Source: Podarcis tiliguerta
Taxonomy: Eukaryota
Strand: one strand, 5' to 3'
Length of the DNA stretch: 64,000 nucleotides
NCBI GenBank assembly: GCA_965153285.1
Contig: OZ229114.1
This document shows, one piece after another, positions 61,711 through 64,000 of this stretch. The notes under the pieces are model-generated. The model searched no databases and was not told the DNA's origin. It worked only from the letters and a program-made list of their open reading frames with translations. The stretch's first letter is position 1; each line of letters starts with the position of its first letter. Both the position numbers and the translations under genes were made by a program.

Positions 61711-62163
61711 GCCTCCATCTGCACTATATGTATAAAGCACTATCATGCCACTTCCCCCAAAGACTCCTGGGTACTGTGGTTTGTTAAGGGTGCTGAGGGT
61801 TGTGAGGGCACCTATGCACCTCACAATGCTACAATTCCCATAGTTACCTGGGAAAGGGGACTGAGTGTCAAAAAATACTGGGAACTGTAGCTCTGTGGGG
61901 AGAACAGGGGTCTCCTAAACACCCTTAACAGACTACAGTTCCCAGAATTCTTTGGGGGAAGTCATGACTATTTAAAGTGGGATAGCTGTGGTCTAAATGG
62001 CTTGGTCATACTGGCCATGACCCAGAAGCTGTACACCGGTTCCCTCGGCCAGTAAAGCAAGATGAGCGCTGCAACCCTAGAGTTGTTCAAGACTGGACCT
62101 AATGGTCAGGGGTCCCTTTACCTTTACCTAACACTGCTTTACATGTATAGTGCAGATGAAGCC
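61711..62163. mobile_element. Palindromic PIF/Harbinger-like MITE containing a Sauria SINE
   Basis: GCCTCCATCTGCACTATA...TATAGTGCAGATGAAGCC termini; TAT on both flanks; long internal inverted arms. Confidence 0.8.
61985..62128 (+). mobile_element. Sauria SINE (internally deleted)
   Basis: ...TCCCTCGGCCAGTAAAGCAAGATGAGCGCTGCAACC...GACTGGACCTAATGGTCAGGGGTCCCTTTACCTTTACC, the lacertid-type Sauria SINE 3' half with ACCTTT tail. Confidence 0.9.
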
Positions 62164-64000
62164 TATGAGGCATCCATACATGTGTAATTTTATGCATGAA
62201 GATCAATCATTCTTTTTTAAGTTTGGCTCATCTGCTATTAGCCTTACTTTTGTCAGACTGCAGATATGAGGCCCAGTGTGTGTACGCACACCATGCCTGA
62301 TCCTGCCGTCCTACCACACATAAAGGGTGTTTATCGAAGGTATGCGTGACTAGGACTTTCGTACGTAACACGTTTGCATTGTGGCTGCTTAAGTTAGCAA
62401 ACGGAAGCAAGCCCCCCCCACACACCCAGCTGCAACCTTTCCTGCTGTGGCTGCAGCAGAGAAGAGGCTGAATACCATATACTGAAGACTGTATTTGCAA
62501 AATTTTCCTGCTCAGAACTTCAATATTGCTCCCAAAGCACAACCTAACTTAACATTCTGAAGGTTTGTTTTAAATTCCCCGATTGTGCGCGTATATAAAT
62601 AAGTTTCTTCATTCACAAGGAGAACTTGTACTGATCTGTAGCTCAAATCAAACACGTACATTACTGGCAAAACCAACCACAGCTTTGCTTTGTTCGCAAA
62701 CAATGCTACCTCATTCCTTGCAGAAAGCTCTCTTTATTCCTTTAATCGGGGACTTGTACTGAAACCCAGTAGGGAAGGTTGCCAAGTACCTCACATACGA
62801 CCCAAAAATGGGAAGGCGGCATATATGGAAAAGAAAGTCACTAAAACCTCACCTAACACTGTCCTTGGGCTTCTATAGATCCTGCCTGCATCCAGTTCTG
62901 ATCCGAAGGCTATTTTCAGTTTCCCCACAATATTCAGACAAAGAAGCCCAGATAACGAGGAAAGCTTATTCTTGAGACTTAAGCTATGTAAACATTAGAG
63001 GCTTAAAAAGCAGTGAGGTTGTTTCACCCCTGTAGTCTTTCAGCACATTTTTATTTTGCTGTACAAACCAGTGAGCGGGTGGGGATGTCTTCATCTGAAG
63101 TACATTACCTGATGTGTCTCGTCATGCCCACAACCCCACACCAGAGGTGCCACCTTCTGCAGAGAATTGAGGAGGGCCCTTTGAACATTTTGAAGGGGCC
63201 TGGCCCCTTCAAAAAATAGATCAGGGAACCACAGTGCCTCGGCCCCCAGGAGCAGGCACCCTTGTATTCCACGAAGCTGTCATCTGCACATGTGCAATGA
63301 CTTTCTCAAAGTACACACCTCTGTTCAACTCTGCTTTAAGTTTTCAAATTGGAAGCTGGTTTGAGGGGGAAAGTATTTCTTCAGTAAGCTACAGGATACC
63401 TATGCATCATGGCTTAAGTGGCTTCAAACACAAGTGGCGGGAGAATATTGGAGCACAAACCACCAGAAGGCTCCTCCATTTTAAAACAACACACTTTGTG
63501 CATCTCTTGATAATGGCTTTCAGGTAGTTTTCAAAGCTACAAAACAAGTTGTGAACAAGTATTGCAAACACACATAAGACATTTTGACTAGAGAATTAAG
63601 AATCTGCTTTAAGGAGCAAACAATGGCATTCTTCTGTCACTAGATACTTTAATTTTAATATTTTTAGTTTAGAGGGGAGGCGGGGGGAGAGAAACATGCT
63701 TTCAGACTTTTCAATAGTTCTTTTGTTAAAGCATCCATTACTCACATAATTGAAAAGATGTTTGTTCAGTGGCATGCTTGAGAGTACAGTTATTTAATCT
63801 TAATGATAAAGCCCCGAGGACAGAAATATAAGTAGAAACCCTCTTGTTATTTATCAAAGAAGGAAAAAATGCCAAGGCAAATAATTGATTCTCAAACTCT
63901 CGCTTGGTGGAAAACTCACAATGAAATTCACAAATTGCAAAGGTTTTCTTAGAGACAGTTAGAGGCCCTGCTGCCAAAAGTCAGTTCAAGTACTACAGAC

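Noticed and set aside
63188-63214. 13-bp-arm palindrome TTTTGAAGGGGCC-T-GGCCCCTTCAAAA
   Set aside because: It sits inside a decayed GC-rich hAT-like remnant (~63141-63264) and is explained by that element

Overview
Vertebrate genomic DNA. The repeats (Sauria SINE, BovB, MIR/Ther1-derived and tRNA-headed SINEs, CR1, L2, L1, many hAT/pogo/Harbinger MITEs) indicate a squamate reptile, probably a lacertid lizard. The window holds the 3' ends of two convergent genes. RTKN2 (rhotekin 2) is on the + strand: ten GT-AG coding exons with continuous frame (orthologous exons 3-12, 1506..24217) and a probable ~4.7 kb 3' UTR. ARID5B is on the - strand: the last two coding exons (53589..53787 and 46542..48683) and a ~5.5 kb 3' UTR. 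The 5' exons of both genes lie outside the window. Nearly all other ORFs in the track are chance ORFs. I found no CRISPR array, intact transposase or RT gene, functional tRNA/rRNA, or clearly new multi-gene system. The best leads are: an inverted retroelement pair bracketing RTKN2 exons 7-9 (circRNA candidate); an in-frame cryptic acceptor 52 nt after the ARID5B exon 9 donor; an L1 with an 18-bp TSD inserted at the putative RTKN2 poly(A) site; a 7-copy inverted motif array; MITE-derived hairpins; a composite transposon with a 6-bp TSD; a tRNA-Lys/CR1 chimeric SINE; and candidate ARID5B enhancers. Comparisons with human proteins and repeat family names are from memory and need database confirmation.
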